DNA from: an uncultured Clostridia bacterium
GTDB taxonomy: Bacteria > Bacillota > Clostridia > Oscillospirales > Ruminococcaceae
Assembly (NCBI GenBank): GCA_944388075.1
Contig: CALXHI010000008.1
Span: 33,334 to 97,333, forward strand
Direction of reading: 5' to 3'
Length of the DNA stretch: 64,000 bases
Shown: positions 36,976 through 47,006 of the stretch, piece after piece
Layout: the number at the start of each line of letters is the position of its first letter
How positions within the stretch are numbered: position 1 is the stretch's first letter
Made by a program: the position numbers and the translations under genes
Notes under the pieces: model-generated
Database searches by the model: none
Told to the model about the DNA's origin: nothing
What the model saw: the letters and a program-made list of their open reading frames with translations, nothing else

Positions 36976-38048
36976 TGCAGCACCTCAAATGTATTCTCGC
37001 CGGCATCTGCCTTGCTTTGCGGCAAAAGCTGTGTCCATATGGCGACCAAAACCGATATCAGACCGAGCAGAGCCACACGCAAGACACCGCCAAAAGTTTC
37101 CATATTCATCCATTGGGGCATATGCAGCAAAGCATCCAACGTTGTCGGCTGTGTGCTGAGGAATCGGTAATATCCGATATCGGACTTGAGTTCCGCAATC
37201 CTTTCGCCCAGTTCGGCTCGTCCCACTGCGGACAGCAAGTCACCCTCTGTCGCTAGGAATTGCACCGCAGCTTCATAGGAAGCGATTTCATTTTTGACAT
37301 CCGTTTCATAGGTCACGGCAATTTCCGTAACCCTGTGGGCGACATACACAAGCGGCGTTGCAACCACAGCGATGCACATCAAAGCAGAAAATGTAACCGC
37401 TGCCACTTTCGGAATCTTCTTGCCAAAGCGTTTCATCAGCCATGTGCCAAGCCATACCGCTGCAAAGCCAATCAGAACCGAGCTGTACCCAAATTCAAAC
37501 GTTACCCACGTCAGCCCAATCAGCAGCACTAAGCCTGCCACAGTGCCGGCCATGATGCCCATCGGTCGTGACTGCATTTGTGTACATTTCGTCTGATGTT
37601 GTTCCAAATTCTTCTGCACAGTATCGGCACAGCCAGAACAGAATGTGACGCCCTTCCCGTTGAGATGATATGCCTGTAATCCTTCTCCGGTTTTGCAACG
37701 CAGACAGCAGCCTTCCATGCCATGCGCCGCCGCAAATGCCAGTACTGCCTCCAGATGCTCCTGTACCTGCCGATTCGGCTCTTTGGAAGGCATACTGATG
37801 ACGGCTTGCAGGATATTGTTCTGATACTGCATCTGCACAAGCCCGGGCCATTGCTGCACGAGCAATTCCGAATCGGCTTGCACTGATTCATTCGCACAGT
37901 CGCCGTGTACCTCCAACAGCAGCAAATTACGCCGCCGATACCATTTTAAGTAAACCGGAAATCCTTGCAAATTCCCCCAAAACAGCTTATGCTTCTTCTC
38001 CCAGTGCAGACCGGTGGCCTCTGCAAATGACATTGCATGAAATCCCAT
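36972..38048 (-). CDS. membrane protein with central zinc ribbon, function unknown
   Basis: AAAGGAG SD before the ATG at 38048. CLRCK...CSGC ribbon followed by four or more TM helices. ATGA overlap with the downstream flavoprotein gene. Confidence 0.55.
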   Translation of the reverse strand: MGFHAMSFAEATGLHWEKKHKLFWGNLQGFPVYLKWYRRRNLLLLEVHGDCANESVQADSELLVQQWPGLVQMQYQNNILQAVISMPSKEPNRQVQEHLEAVLAFAAAHGMEGCCLRCKTGEGLQAYHLNGKGVTFCSGCADTVQKNLEQHQTKCTQMQSRPMGIMAGTVAGLVLLIGLTWVTFEFGYSSVLIGFAAVWLGTWLMKRFGKKIPKVAAVTFSALMCIAVVATPLVYVAHRVTEIAVTYETDVKNEIASYEAAVQFLATEGDLLSAVGRAELGERIAELKSDIGYYRFLSTQPTTLDALLHMPQWMNMETFGGVLRVALLGLISVLVAIWTQLLPQSKADAGENTFEVLQ

Positions 38049-38084
38049 ATGTTTGCTCCTTTCCGACACCCAAGTATCTCTTTT

Positions 38085-38113
38085 ATTATAAGGGAAAATC
38101 GACGAGATTGCAA
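38085..38113 (-). promoter_or_regulatory. sigma-A type promoter
   Basis: On the minus strand: TTGCAA, 17 nt spacer, TATAAT. Confidence 0.5.
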
Positions 38114-38125
38114 GCGATTTCGATT

Positions 38126-38160
38126 AAAAAATCCCATGTCCGCCAAGCAGACATGGGATT
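38126..38160 (-). terminator. intrinsic terminator closing the 12-kb ABC operon
   Basis: AATCCCATGTC ... GACATGGGATT, followed on the minus strand by TTTTTT. Confidence 0.75.
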
Positions 38161-38173
38161 TCGGATTTGGGGA

Positions 38174-39571
38174 TTAACCAACCAGACCGGAACGCTCGAT
38201 ACCTTCGGTAAAATGCTTCTGCAAGCACGCATACAGAATCAGCATCGGCGTAATCGAGATCAAACAGCCGGCTTCGAGCCAAACAATCTTTTCTCGCACA
38301 CTGACCTGCGCATTTGCATTGTTGAAAATGGCAAGGTTCAGCGTCGTGTCGAGGTTTTTCAGCACCAATGCAATCGTCTTTGTATTGGTGAAGAACGCAC
38401 TGGAAACATAGTAGTCATTCCAATACCACACGATCGAGAACAGGAATACGGTCAGGAACGACGATCCGGCATTCGGCACCATAACCTTGAGGAAGGTCTT
38501 GAACGGACCGCAGCCATCGAGATAGGCGGCATCCTCGAGTTCCTTCGGCAAACCGCGGAAGAACTGTCGGAAGATGAAAATCATCAAACCGGCACGAATA
38601 CCGTTGGCAGTCATCGCAGGCAAGTACATCGCCCACATTGAATCAATCAAGTTAATGGCACCGAACATGAAGTTTTTGAACGTCATGTAGAGCGGAATCG
38701 AAATGATCTGTGTCGGCACAACGATCATCAGCACCACAATGCCGAACAACAGGTTTCTGCCCTTGAACTTGAAACGCGCAAAGCCATAGCCGGTCAATGC
38801 ACAGGTAATCACCTGACAAATCGAACAGCCGATGTTCAAGAACAAGGTATTGACAAGCGGGTTGTTGTCAAAGAACCCATTCGTCAGACCCATGGCATCA
38901 ATGGTCTGCTTCATGACAGTCAACGTGAAGTTGCGGGGAATCCACATAACCGTCGGGTCATTCATATCCTTGCTGTCACGGAATGCGTAACTGAGCATGA
39001 ACATCAACGGCGTCAGGATGACGAAACCCAAACCAAATAGAATCAGGAATCGGAATACCGGCCAGCATTTCTCGAAAATCATTTTCCGACGCAGATATGC
39101 GATTTCTTGCTTATTCATGCTCTGCATACGGATTTTCATGGCTTCCTTCTTGGTCATGCCCTCACCGACATTTTTTTCCTCATGCACATCGGGCTTAGCG
39201 CAATCGGGAATGCGATCCGAATGCGGCCGATCGGGCGTAGACATGGAAACCGCTGCTTCGGTTGGTTCTTCCGTCACTTCTTCGGCGATAGTGGGTTCCG
39301 GCTCTGCGGTTTCCTGCGCTTCTACGGGCGCAACGGACTTTTCCTCACGGCTTTCCTCGAGCGTTGCGGGAATCTGTTCCGGCTCAACCGCAGGAGCAGG
39401 TGCTTCTGCAGGGATTTCCGGTGTGACCGGAGTCTCGGTAATCGGTGCGGCATCGGTCTGCGGTGCGGCATCCGCCGTTGCAGCGGATTCATTGGCGGCC
39501 TGTGCATCCATCTGATTGGCCTCCTGCTCAATCCGTTTCAGCTTGTCAAGCAAGTTCTTATCTTGGTCCAT
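38174..39571 (-). CDS. carbohydrate ABC transporter permease (MalG-like) with ~140-aa low-complexity N-terminal extension
   Basis: EAA-type loop (LEDAAYLDGCGPFKTF) and six TM helices in the C-terminal 320 aa. Strong SD AAGGAGGTG lies 6 nt before the ATG at 39571, supporting the long form. Confidence 0.8.
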   Translation of the reverse strand: MDQDKNLLDKLKRIEQEANQMDAQAANESAATADAAPQTDAAPITETPVTPEIPAEAPAPAVEPEQIPATLEESREEKSVAPVEAQETAEPEPTIAEEVTEEPTEAAVSMSTPDRPHSDRIPDCAKPDVHEEKNVGEGMTKKEAMKIRMQSMNKQEIAYLRRKMIFEKCWPVFRFLILFGLGFVILTPLMFMLSYAFRDSKDMNDPTVMWIPRNFTLTVMKQTIDAMGLTNGFFDNNPLVNTLFLNIGCSICQVITCALTGYGFARFKFKGRNLLFGIVVLMIVVPTQIISIPLYMTFKNFMFGAINLIDSMWAMYLPAMTANGIRAGLMIFIFRQFFRGLPKELEDAAYLDGCGPFKTFLKVMVPNAGSSFLTVFLFSIVWYWNDYYVSSAFFTNTKTIALVLKNLDTTLNLAIFNNANAQVSVREKIVWLEAGCLISITPMLILYACLQKHFTEGIERSGLVG

Positions 39572-39584
39572 CCGTCACACCTCC

Positions 39585-40529
39585 TTACTCTACTTCATAG
39601 AAGATGAACTTATTTACAATCAAGGTCACGATGCCAACGACAATCATGACGATCGCAAAATAGCTCCACGCCATCGCAGCCGCATAGGCATAATCCCATT
39701 CGAGCTGCTTGGTCAATACACGCTCCATAACGGCGTTGTCGGTCTTTGTAAAGGAGTCAATGACCGTATAGATGAAGTTTGCCAAAATCATCGGGCTGAC
39801 ATAGGGCAGCGTAATTTTCCAAAAATACTCCCACGCCGTTGCGCCCTCCATCGAGGCAGCTTCCTTTGCGGAAACCGGAATGTTCTGCAATGCCGCTAAA
39901 AAGATTAGGATTTGGATACCCGAACTCCACACCAGACCGAAGATATCGGTTGTCACCGTGTTGATGATTTCGCTGAGGCCCTCACTGATGTTCATAACAC
40001 CGAGGAATGCGAGCAATTCATCCACGATATCGGTTTCAAACAGGGTTGTGAACTGTGCGCCGCTGTCGACGCCGGTCGTGCCCATGTCACCGTTGATGAT
40101 ATTGTACACAGGACCGGTTGCGATGATGACCGGGAGAAAGAAGATTGCTCTGGCGAACCCTCTGCCCTTGAACTCTTGATTGAGGATAACGGCGATGAAC
40201 AGCGAGAAAATCAGGATCATCGGGGTGGTCAGCGCCGTGTCCTTCAGCACCTCAACGAGGCTCTGCTTATAGGACGGGTCTGCTGCAAAGGCATAGCGGA
40301 AATTATCCAGCCACTCCCAATTCGCAAAGCCCAGCCATTCTTTTTTCATGCCGCCGACATCCGGCTTCAGGGTTTGATTATCCATGAAGCAGTAGCAGAG
40401 CGATTCAAACAGCGGAATCAGAAACCAGAGAATAGTGCCGATAAGCCAGATGGAGATAAAGCCGTAGCCATACATCGCTTTTCTGCGCTCATAGGGCATC
40501 CGAATGCCTTTTCCTTGCTTCTTACTCAT
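39585..40529 (-). CDS. sugar ABC transporter permease (MalF-like)
   Basis: Six TM helices and EAA loop (AKEAASMEGATAWEYF). Start set at the second ATG downstream of GGAAGGAG. Confidence 0.8.
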   Translation of the reverse strand: MSKKQGKGIRMPYERRKAMYGYGFISIWLIGTILWFLIPLFESLCYCFMDNQTLKPDVGGMKKEWLGFANWEWLDNFRYAFAADPSYKQSLVEVLKDTALTTPMILIFSLFIAVILNQEFKGRGFARAIFFLPVIIATGPVYNIINGDMGTTGVDSGAQFTTLFETDIVDELLAFLGVMNISEGLSEIINTVTTDIFGLVWSSGIQILIFLAALQNIPVSAKEAASMEGATAWEYFWKITLPYVSPMILANFIYTVIDSFTKTDNAVMERVLTKQLEWDYAYAAAMAWSYFAIVMIVVGIVTLIVNKFIFYEVE

Positions 40530-42912
40530 CGAACACCACATCTCCTTCCTTTACATAATCTTTGAGATAACGCATTTCTCCGTTCATCGTAACGGAGCAA
40601 TCCTCGAGGTTGACCTCTGTTGTCACACCGTTGGCATAAGTTGTTGTGATGATATCCCCCTCCTGCACATAACTGATGATATACGAATCACTGGTTGCAC
40701 GCAGGATATCCTTGGTGAACGCATCATACTGCGCTGCGGTGTCGATCCAGTAAACATAGTCGCCGTAGAAGTAGATATCGAAATCGGTATCCCGCAATTC
40801 ACTCGTCTGTGCGTGAAGCAGGTCAAAGCGCAGATTGCTGCCTGCTGCCAGTGCGTACATCACCATATGTTCCGCATCGGCACTGCCGTTGACCGCCTCG
40901 GTCGAATAGGGCAGCACACCGTGCATGACAATCTGGTAAAGCGGAATGTCCCCATCAAAGATGTTGAATCCGCTGGAAGAGAGCGGCATATCGGTAATCG
41001 TGTCGGTGTACGGGAGTACATAGGCATTCGGATCCTCAGAAAGCACCGAACCGACATCAGTATTGAGCGTCTGCAAGCTCTGCTCGATATAGCTCATCGT
41101 CTGGTCACGGGACGTCGCCGATTTTTTGCCGTAGTCGCCGTAGAGCAGATTCGAGAGCGAACCGATGCTGACACTGGTCAAACCTGCCTTCTGATAGTTC
41201 GTTGCCAGCTTCTGATACAGTTCAATGAATGTGGACGGAGAGAGCAGCGACATGGTTTTCTTCTCACCATAGGGCACACCGTAGGCACGCTCATAGTCCA
41301 CGATTCGAGCAAACGAGCCCGACACACGAACAGCTGTATCAGTCAGCGACCAATAACCGTTGCCGGAATAGTAAGCTGCATTGTTTACGGTCGGATACCA
41401 GTCAATACCGTTGTCATTCATATAGGAGGTCAGGCTGTTGAAGTCCGATTTGCCGCCGAGTACCCCGGCAGGCTTTGCCTTGAAATCGACCTTACCGCTG
41501 ATACCGGCATTCGTCCAGTTGTTAAGTGCGACCACCATGTCATTCACACCGGCAGCCTTGAGTTCCTCAAGAATCTTCTGTGTTTCCTCAAAACTCGTCA
41601 TGCTGGTTTTCATGAAGACCGGGAAGCCAAGGATATTCTTCTGCTTCATCGTACCGCCGTAGATATCGACATAGAAATCGGAATCGTTGGCTTGTGCCTT
41701 GACCTGCACATTCTCATCTTCGAGCAGGTATTGGCGATAGCGGGCTGCGATATCGACATAGTCGAGCTGCTCGCCCTGATCGGCATTGACCTCATCCTCT
41801 GCGGTCAACGGGTAGTAACGCACTTGCAGATTGCGATGTGAGAGGTTCTTTTCGTAAACATCGAGCGGATTGAGCTGGTCTGCACCGAGATAGTAGGCAT
41901 CGACGCTGCGGAGCATGAACTCAAAGTTGATGAGGTTATATTCCGTATTCGACTGACCGGTTCCGCTCACCGATGCGTTGAGATAGCAGCTGCCCTCGCC
42001 CTCGGTCGCAACGGCAAGCATTGCATTTTCGCCCTTGACAATGCCGTACATCGGGAGCGATACGCCCTCGACGACCGGACCCTTGGTTTTCGGAACGGCT
42101 GTGGTATCCGTGCCGTAAATCAGCTGGCGATAGGTTTTGGAGCTGTACTTCTGGTTATTGAACTCGATCACAGCACCGCTGCCATCAGGGATGACAAAGT
42201 AGCCCTCTTCCTCCGAGCCTGCCGCACCGAATGCGTTCATGACCGAAAGCATCTGGGTCAGCTTTGCACCCTCTTCGCTGTCTACGCCGTATTTTTCCGT
42301 GATATCGGCGGTGTTAATATTCACCTCCAGATAATCCTCGCCCAAGGTATAGGAAACCGGAATCTTGATGCCGACCTTGCGAAAGTTATAGGTCACCTTG
42401 ATGCCGTTGTCGACCTCATCAAAGGTAATGGTCGTTCTGGTTGTATCACCAGAACGCACCTTCTGCACGGAACGCTCATCGGGTTCTGCCGCCGTCAGCA
42501 CGAGTGCAGAGCCGAGCTCATTCTTCAGCATCTTCGAGGCGATGGCATCACCACCGGCATTGATCGGCGACGACCACCAGATATAGCCGTTTTTCTTGTT
42601 TTGCAAAGCCAGAATATCCTCCGGCTTTTCGTCCTCGCCGAGCTTCGACTCATCCCAAGCATAGAGCTTGAGGTTGTCGTTCTCGCCGACGACCTTCATT
42701 TTCTTCAGTACGTCCTCTTCGGTGCGGTCCACCCATGTATCATCGGTATCGCCGGCGGTATCACTATCCGCAGCGGTATCGGATGTCGCAGTGTCCTTCT
42801 CATTTTCCGCAAGTACGGGCATCGATGCGACGCAGACTGCCGTCAGTGTCATCGCTGCGAGAAGTACGGAGAGCAGACGCTTATATTTCATTATTTTTTG
42901 CATGGCGTTCAC
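40522..42912 (-). CDS. large secreted protein, DUF5696-like, function unknown
   Basis: Signal peptide ending PVLA, then 796 aa of mixed beta/alpha composition. DUF5696 assignment is from memory of similar ABC-linked proteins and is not verified. Confidence 0.55.
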   Translation of the reverse strand: MNAMQKIMKYKRLLSVLLAAMTLTAVCVASMPVLAENEKDTATSDTAADSDTAGDTDDTWVDRTEEDVLKKMKVVGENDNLKLYAWDESKLGEDEKPEDILALQNKKNGYIWWSSPINAGGDAIASKMLKNELGSALVLTAAEPDERSVQKVRSGDTTRTTITFDEVDNGIKVTYNFRKVGIKIPVSYTLGEDYLEVNINTADITEKYGVDSEEGAKLTQMLSVMNAFGAAGSEEEGYFVIPDGSGAVIEFNNQKYSSKTYRQLIYGTDTTAVPKTKGPVVEGVSLPMYGIVKGENAMLAVATEGEGSCYLNASVSGTGQSNTEYNLINFEFMLRSVDAYYLGADQLNPLDVYEKNLSHRNLQVRYYPLTAEDEVNADQGEQLDYVDIAARYRQYLLEDENVQVKAQANDSDFYVDIYGGTMKQKNILGFPVFMKTSMTSFEETQKILEELKAAGVNDMVVALNNWTNAGISGKVDFKAKPAGVLGGKSDFNSLTSYMNDNGIDWYPTVNNAAYYSGNGYWSLTDTAVRVSGSFARIVDYERAYGVPYGEKKTMSLLSPSTFIELYQKLATNYQKAGLTSVSIGSLSNLLYGDYGKKSATSRDQTMSYIEQSLQTLNTDVGSVLSEDPNAYVLPYTDTITDMPLSSSGFNIFDGDIPLYQIVMHGVLPYSTEAVNGSADAEHMVMYALAAGSNLRFDLLHAQTSELRDTDFDIYFYGDYVYWIDTAAQYDAFTKDILRATSDSYIISYVQEGDIITTTYANGVTTEVNLEDCSVTMNGEMRYLKDYVKEGDVVFDE

Positions 42913-42915
42913 TCC

Positions 42916-43545
42916 TCACACACGTACTCGATACAATATTTCGGTATAAATCGAATAGGCAAACACATATACCTTCTGGAACAGGCTGAGCAGCAGCACC
43001 GCCAAGAACAGAATGACCAGCATCGCAGCCAATGTCAGAATGATGGCAATGACCGTTTTGGTAAAGGTATATTGGTGTACCGCCTTGATGGCTGAGAACA
43101 GCAGTGCAACAGTCCAAAGCAAGCCGACATAGTAAACCACCGTGAAGAAGATACCCTCTTCCTGCACGAGGAAGTGCGAGAGAATCACGTCCACAAAGCG
43201 GGATACGATAAACGGGATCAATGCGTAGGAGCTGTAAATCGCAATGTTCTTCATGCTGCCTTCGCCATCGAGCAGCGTGCAGATTGCCCAGTTGCCGAGT
43301 ACCCATGCGCCGAAGTAGACGACGCTCTGCATGATATAGGGCATCACACTGAACAACGCATCGGGCAGCGGGCGGAACTGGAAACCGCACCAGCGGTCGT
43401 AAGCAATCAACGCAAAGAACAGAGCAACGATAATGATTGCAGTATACTTGAGTGTGCCGCCTTTTTTCCAACGAAGGTCTTCAAAGCCTTCAAAGGGATG
43501 AAACAGCACATGTTTGACCCATTGGGGCTGAGTGAAATCCATCAT
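42916..43545 (-). CDS. Yip1-family membrane protein
   Basis: N-terminal HPFEGFEDLRWKK segment followed by five TM helices, as in Yip1/DUF1282 proteins. Confidence 0.65.
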   Translation of the reverse strand: MMDFTQPQWVKHVLFHPFEGFEDLRWKKGGTLKYTAIIIVALFFALIAYDRWCGFQFRPLPDALFSVMPYIMQSVVYFGAWVLGNWAICTLLDGEGSMKNIAIYSSYALIPFIVSRFVDVILSHFLVQEEGIFFTVVYYVGLLWTVALLFSAIKAVHQYTFTKTVIAIILTLAAMLVILFLAVLLLSLFQKVYVFAYSIYTEILYRVRV

Positions 43546-43560
43546 AACGCTGCACCTCCT

Positions 43561-45096
43561 TTACGATTCATCCGTTGGCGCAGAGGTCGGCGATGCCGTC
43601 TCCAAAGCCTTCCGGCGTTTTTTGCGGTAGTACTTGAATCCCTTCCATACCACGATCAGCGCAACAATGACAATCAAAATGGCAGTCAGGTTTTCCTTGA
43701 GAAATTCCGAACGATAGCTCTCGAACGCCTTGTTATAGCGGCGAGAGGAGTCCGCCTTTTTCGCATACTCCATCGATTCCTCATAACGTCCCATGTTGTA
43801 GTAAGCACTGGAGATACCCAAGTAGGCACTGCGATAGTTGCCGTCACGCTTAAGCACTTCGAGCCACGGCTTCAACGCTTCCTCATAGTAACCGCCGTTA
43901 TACAGAGCAGTCGCCTCATGGACGATTTCACCGAACACGGTCTGCGAGAAGATGGTCACCGCACCCTTGATCGAATCGAGCACATAAATGTTCTCACAGT
44001 TGGCACCCTTCGTTTCGACAGCCGTAACACTGCCGGCGGTAAAGGAACCGACCTGATCACCCGTCGCACCCATGATGAAGAGCAGGCTTGCCTCCTCGTC
44101 ATACTGGAAGACACGACCGGTTGTTGCATCTAAGCAATTGATGGTACCGTCATCACCGATATCGATGTCAACGATCTTGGTCTTATAGTTCGTACCGCTG
44201 TACCAGGTCGAAAACTCATCGCCCCAAACAAAGTTGGACATATGCGAAAACAGATTATGACCTTCCGGATTCACTTTCTTGATGATATCATTGTCACTCG
44301 AACCAGACGAGGTCGAGGTATAGATAAAGCCTTTTCTCGTATCCAGATCAAAGTTATCGAATGCAGACGGGGTACTTCTAGCACGATACCGCCTTTCCTC
44401 TTCGGAGGCAATCGCATTCCAGAAATGGTTTGCGATAACTTCTGCGGTCTGCGCAACGGAGTTTGCACCATAGTAGCCGAGAAACTCGCCGTTCCGGTCA
44501 AACATGGCAGCACCCTTTGTCGTATTGTTGAGTACGATATAGACATTGCCGGCATTGTCGCAGAGGATCTTCTGCGGCAGGAAAGTCAGCTCCTGATCGT
44601 ACACAGTCGAGGTCGGCTTCGTAATTTCAAGCTGAACATTCTTCATGGAATCGACAACCAAGGCACGACTGTTCTCGTTATCGGCGATATACATCAGTCC
44701 CGTATCTGGCGAAACGAACACGCCCTTGGGCTTATTCAGCGTTGTTTTTGAGCCATCAGGCATCGTAAACTCACTGAACTCGTCAAGCACCTGTGAAAAT
44801 TCGGAATCAACCTTCAAAATGCGGTTGTTGCCGGTATCGACAATATAGAAGTTGTCGCTGGCATCCTTAAAGAGATCGCTGGGGGCATTGAGCGCAGTCG
44901 TACCGAGATCCAAACCGGATACGGCACGTTCTGCCAAATATCCTGCCTGCGACGGAACCGCTTCGCCCAGATAGTTGTAGTTATACACATCGTATGGCTC
45001 GTCCGCATAGGCCGTCATCGTCGAGGCGACCATGGAGAGCGACATCGCCAGTGTCATTCCGGCAGAGGCAATTTGCCGGAGCCATTGTTTCTTCAC
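43561..45096 (-). CDS. secreted NHL-repeat beta-propeller plus TPR protein with C-terminal membrane anchor
   Basis: Signal peptide, NHL-like blades (FYIVDTGNNRILKVD, MYIADNENSRALVVD, VYIVLNN), TPR segment (GGYYEEALKPWLEVLKRDGNYRSAYLGISSAYYNMGRYEESMEYAKKA), TM helix and basic tail. Confidence 0.65.
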   Translation of the reverse strand: MKKQWLRQIASAGMTLAMSLSMVASTMTAYADEPYDVYNYNYLGEAVPSQAGYLAERAVSGLDLGTTALNAPSDLFKDASDNFYIVDTGNNRILKVDSEFSQVLDEFSEFTMPDGSKTTLNKPKGVFVSPDTGLMYIADNENSRALVVDSMKNVQLEITKPTSTVYDQELTFLPQKILCDNAGNVYIVLNNTTKGAAMFDRNGEFLGYYGANSVAQTAEVIANHFWNAIASEEERRYRARSTPSAFDNFDLDTRKGFIYTSTSSGSSDNDIIKKVNPEGHNLFSHMSNFVWGDEFSTWYSGTNYKTKIVDIDIGDDGTINCLDATTGRVFQYDEEASLLFIMGATGDQVGSFTAGSVTAVETKGANCENIYVLDSIKGAVTIFSQTVFGEIVHEATALYNGGYYEEALKPWLEVLKRDGNYRSAYLGISSAYYNMGRYEESMEYAKKADSSRRYNKAFESYRSEFLKENLTAILIVIVALIVVWKGFKYYRKKRRKALETASPTSAPTDES

Positions 45097-45131
45097 GATT
45101 CATCTCACCCTTTCTGTTTAATTGTGCCGGA

Positions 45132-46010
45132 TTAGTCTTTGATACCGGAATGAGCCATGGTTTCCATAACCTGACTCTGTGCCAGAATAAAGAACAGCAC
45201 CGGCGGAACAAAGAGGATGACAGCGGCTGCCATCGTAACACCCTGTCGGGAAATACCGGCAGAAGCCGCCTGCTGAATCACCGTCGGCAGCGTTTTGAGT
45301 GCTTCATCATACACAAGGCTGCCGCCCGTGATATTCCATGCACCCTGAAAAGCGAAGATCGCCGTCGTCATCAGGGCAGGCTTCTGGTTCGGGATGACAA
45401 TGCGCCAACAAATCGTAAACAGGCCTGCGCCGTCCACCTTTGCCGCTTCTATCATGGCATCGGGAACGGTACTCATGCTCTGGCGCATCAGGTACAGACC
45501 CATCGACGACGCCACAGACGGCAAAATCAATGCCCACATGGTATTGATCATGTTCAGCTCTGCCATCACCATGTACTGCATCAGATAAATAACATTGCTG
45601 TTATAAAGCAGTGCCAAAACGATGATATTATTGATGAGCTTATTGCCGGGGAACTTGATTTTCGCAAGACAGAATGCTGCCATGGAAGCGAAAATACACT
45701 GCAAGACAGTAACCGAAATCGTCACGAATGCGCTGTTGAATACGTAACGGGAAAACGGCACCCACATCTGTCCCAGTACGCGATAGGTGTCCATAAAATT
45801 ATCCAGCGTGGGGTTGAGCGTATACCACTTCGGCGGAAAGATAAACATTTCGTTGACCGGCTTGATACTGTTGACGATCATCAGCCAAATCGGCAGGACC
45901 ATAAATAGGCCAAGGATGGTCAGAAACAGGAAAATCGCAACCGTACCGCCGATTTTACGTCCCGCACGTTTGTTGGACGCCTTCAGCTTTTTGGGGTCTT
46001 TTGTACTCAT
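45132..46010 (-). CDS. carbohydrate ABC transporter permease (MalG-like)
   Basis: Six TM helices and EAA loop (MIEAAKVDGAGLFTICW). Confidence 0.85.
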   Translation of the reverse strand: MSTKDPKKLKASNKRAGRKIGGTVAIFLFLTILGLFMVLPIWLMIVNSIKPVNEMFIFPPKWYTLNPTLDNFMDTYRVLGQMWVPFSRYVFNSAFVTISVTVLQCIFASMAAFCLAKIKFPGNKLINNIIVLALLYNSNVIYLMQYMVMAELNMINTMWALILPSVASSMGLYLMRQSMSTVPDAMIEAAKVDGAGLFTICWRIVIPNQKPALMTTAIFAFQGAWNITGGSLVYDEALKTLPTVIQQAASAGISRQGVTMAAAVILFVPPVLFFILAQSQVMETMAHSGIKD

Positions 46011-46025
46011 GCGTGTTTCGCCTCC

Positions 46026-46964
46026 TTAATCCATGTATTTGCCCAGCAGATTGCTGATGAACTTATTGACCACATACATGGCAATAAACAGCACCATACA
46101 AATTGCGGAAGCATAGCCCATCTCATAACGCACCCAGCCGTAGTCATACGCATGGGTCATGATGGTGTGGGCGGCATAGTCGGTACTCGGGAAACCGACC
46201 AGATTTCGAGCAACGATATCGGCTGTGAATGCGGAAACGATCTGCATGACCGCTGCGAACATCAACGACGGCCCCATACCGGGAATCGTGATGTAAATCA
46301 GCTCCTGCCAACGGTTTTGGATACCCTCAATCGCACCGGCCTCATACTGGCTCTTATCGATATTCTGGAAACCGGCACGCATGGCAAGGAAGCCCGCACC
46401 CATACTGACCCACAGCTGTACGATGATAACCACCGTCAAGATATACTGGGAATCCGTCAGCCACTGAATGGCAGAAGTCGTGATACCAAGGTTCATCAGG
46501 GTAGAGTTTGCGATACCGTAGCTGTCGCCGCTGAAGATCAGCTGCCAAACAGCGTACACACCCGATGCCATCGAAGGTGCGTAGAAAATCAGCGTGAAGA
46601 TAACCTTCAGCGTCTGGTTCAGCTCGTTGATCAGCCATGCCAGCAAAAAGCTGAGAAAATAGCTGAGCGGGCCGGTGAACACGGCAAATACCAACGTCAC
46701 ACGAATGGACTTGATAAAAATGCTGTCATTCAGAAACAGGTTATAGAAGTTGCTGAGGCCTACATATGCAGGCGGATACTGTACCATGTCGAAGTCCGTC
46801 AAGCCAATTGGCAGCGACATGATAACGGGAATGATCGTAAATACCAAAAATACAAGCATGAACGGCAGCATCATCAGATATGCTTCTTTGTTCTGCTTCA
46901 TTTGCAGCCAAACAAGTCGCCGTTGTTCTTGTTTGGTTTTGACACCAATTTGATCCTTATCCAA
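46026..46964 (-). CDS. sugar ABC transporter permease (MalF-like)
   Basis: Six TM helices and EAA loop (QYEAGAIEGIQNRWQEL). Confidence 0.85.
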   Translation of the reverse strand: MDKDQIGVKTKQEQRRLVWLQMKQNKEAYLMMLPFMLVFLVFTIIPVIMSLPIGLTDFDMVQYPPAYVGLSNFYNLFLNDSIFIKSIRVTLVFAVFTGPLSYFLSFLLAWLINELNQTLKVIFTLIFYAPSMASGVYAVWQLIFSGDSYGIANSTLMNLGITTSAIQWLTDSQYILTVVIIVQLWVSMGAGFLAMRAGFQNIDKSQYEAGAIEGIQNRWQELIYITIPGMGPSLMFAAVMQIVSAFTADIVARNLVGFPSTDYAAHTIMTHAYDYGWVRYEMGYASAICMVLFIAMYVVNKFISNLLGKYMD

Positions 46965-47006
46965 CGGGAACCCCTCCTTTTGATTTGTCAGTCACAGAAA
47001 ATAGCG

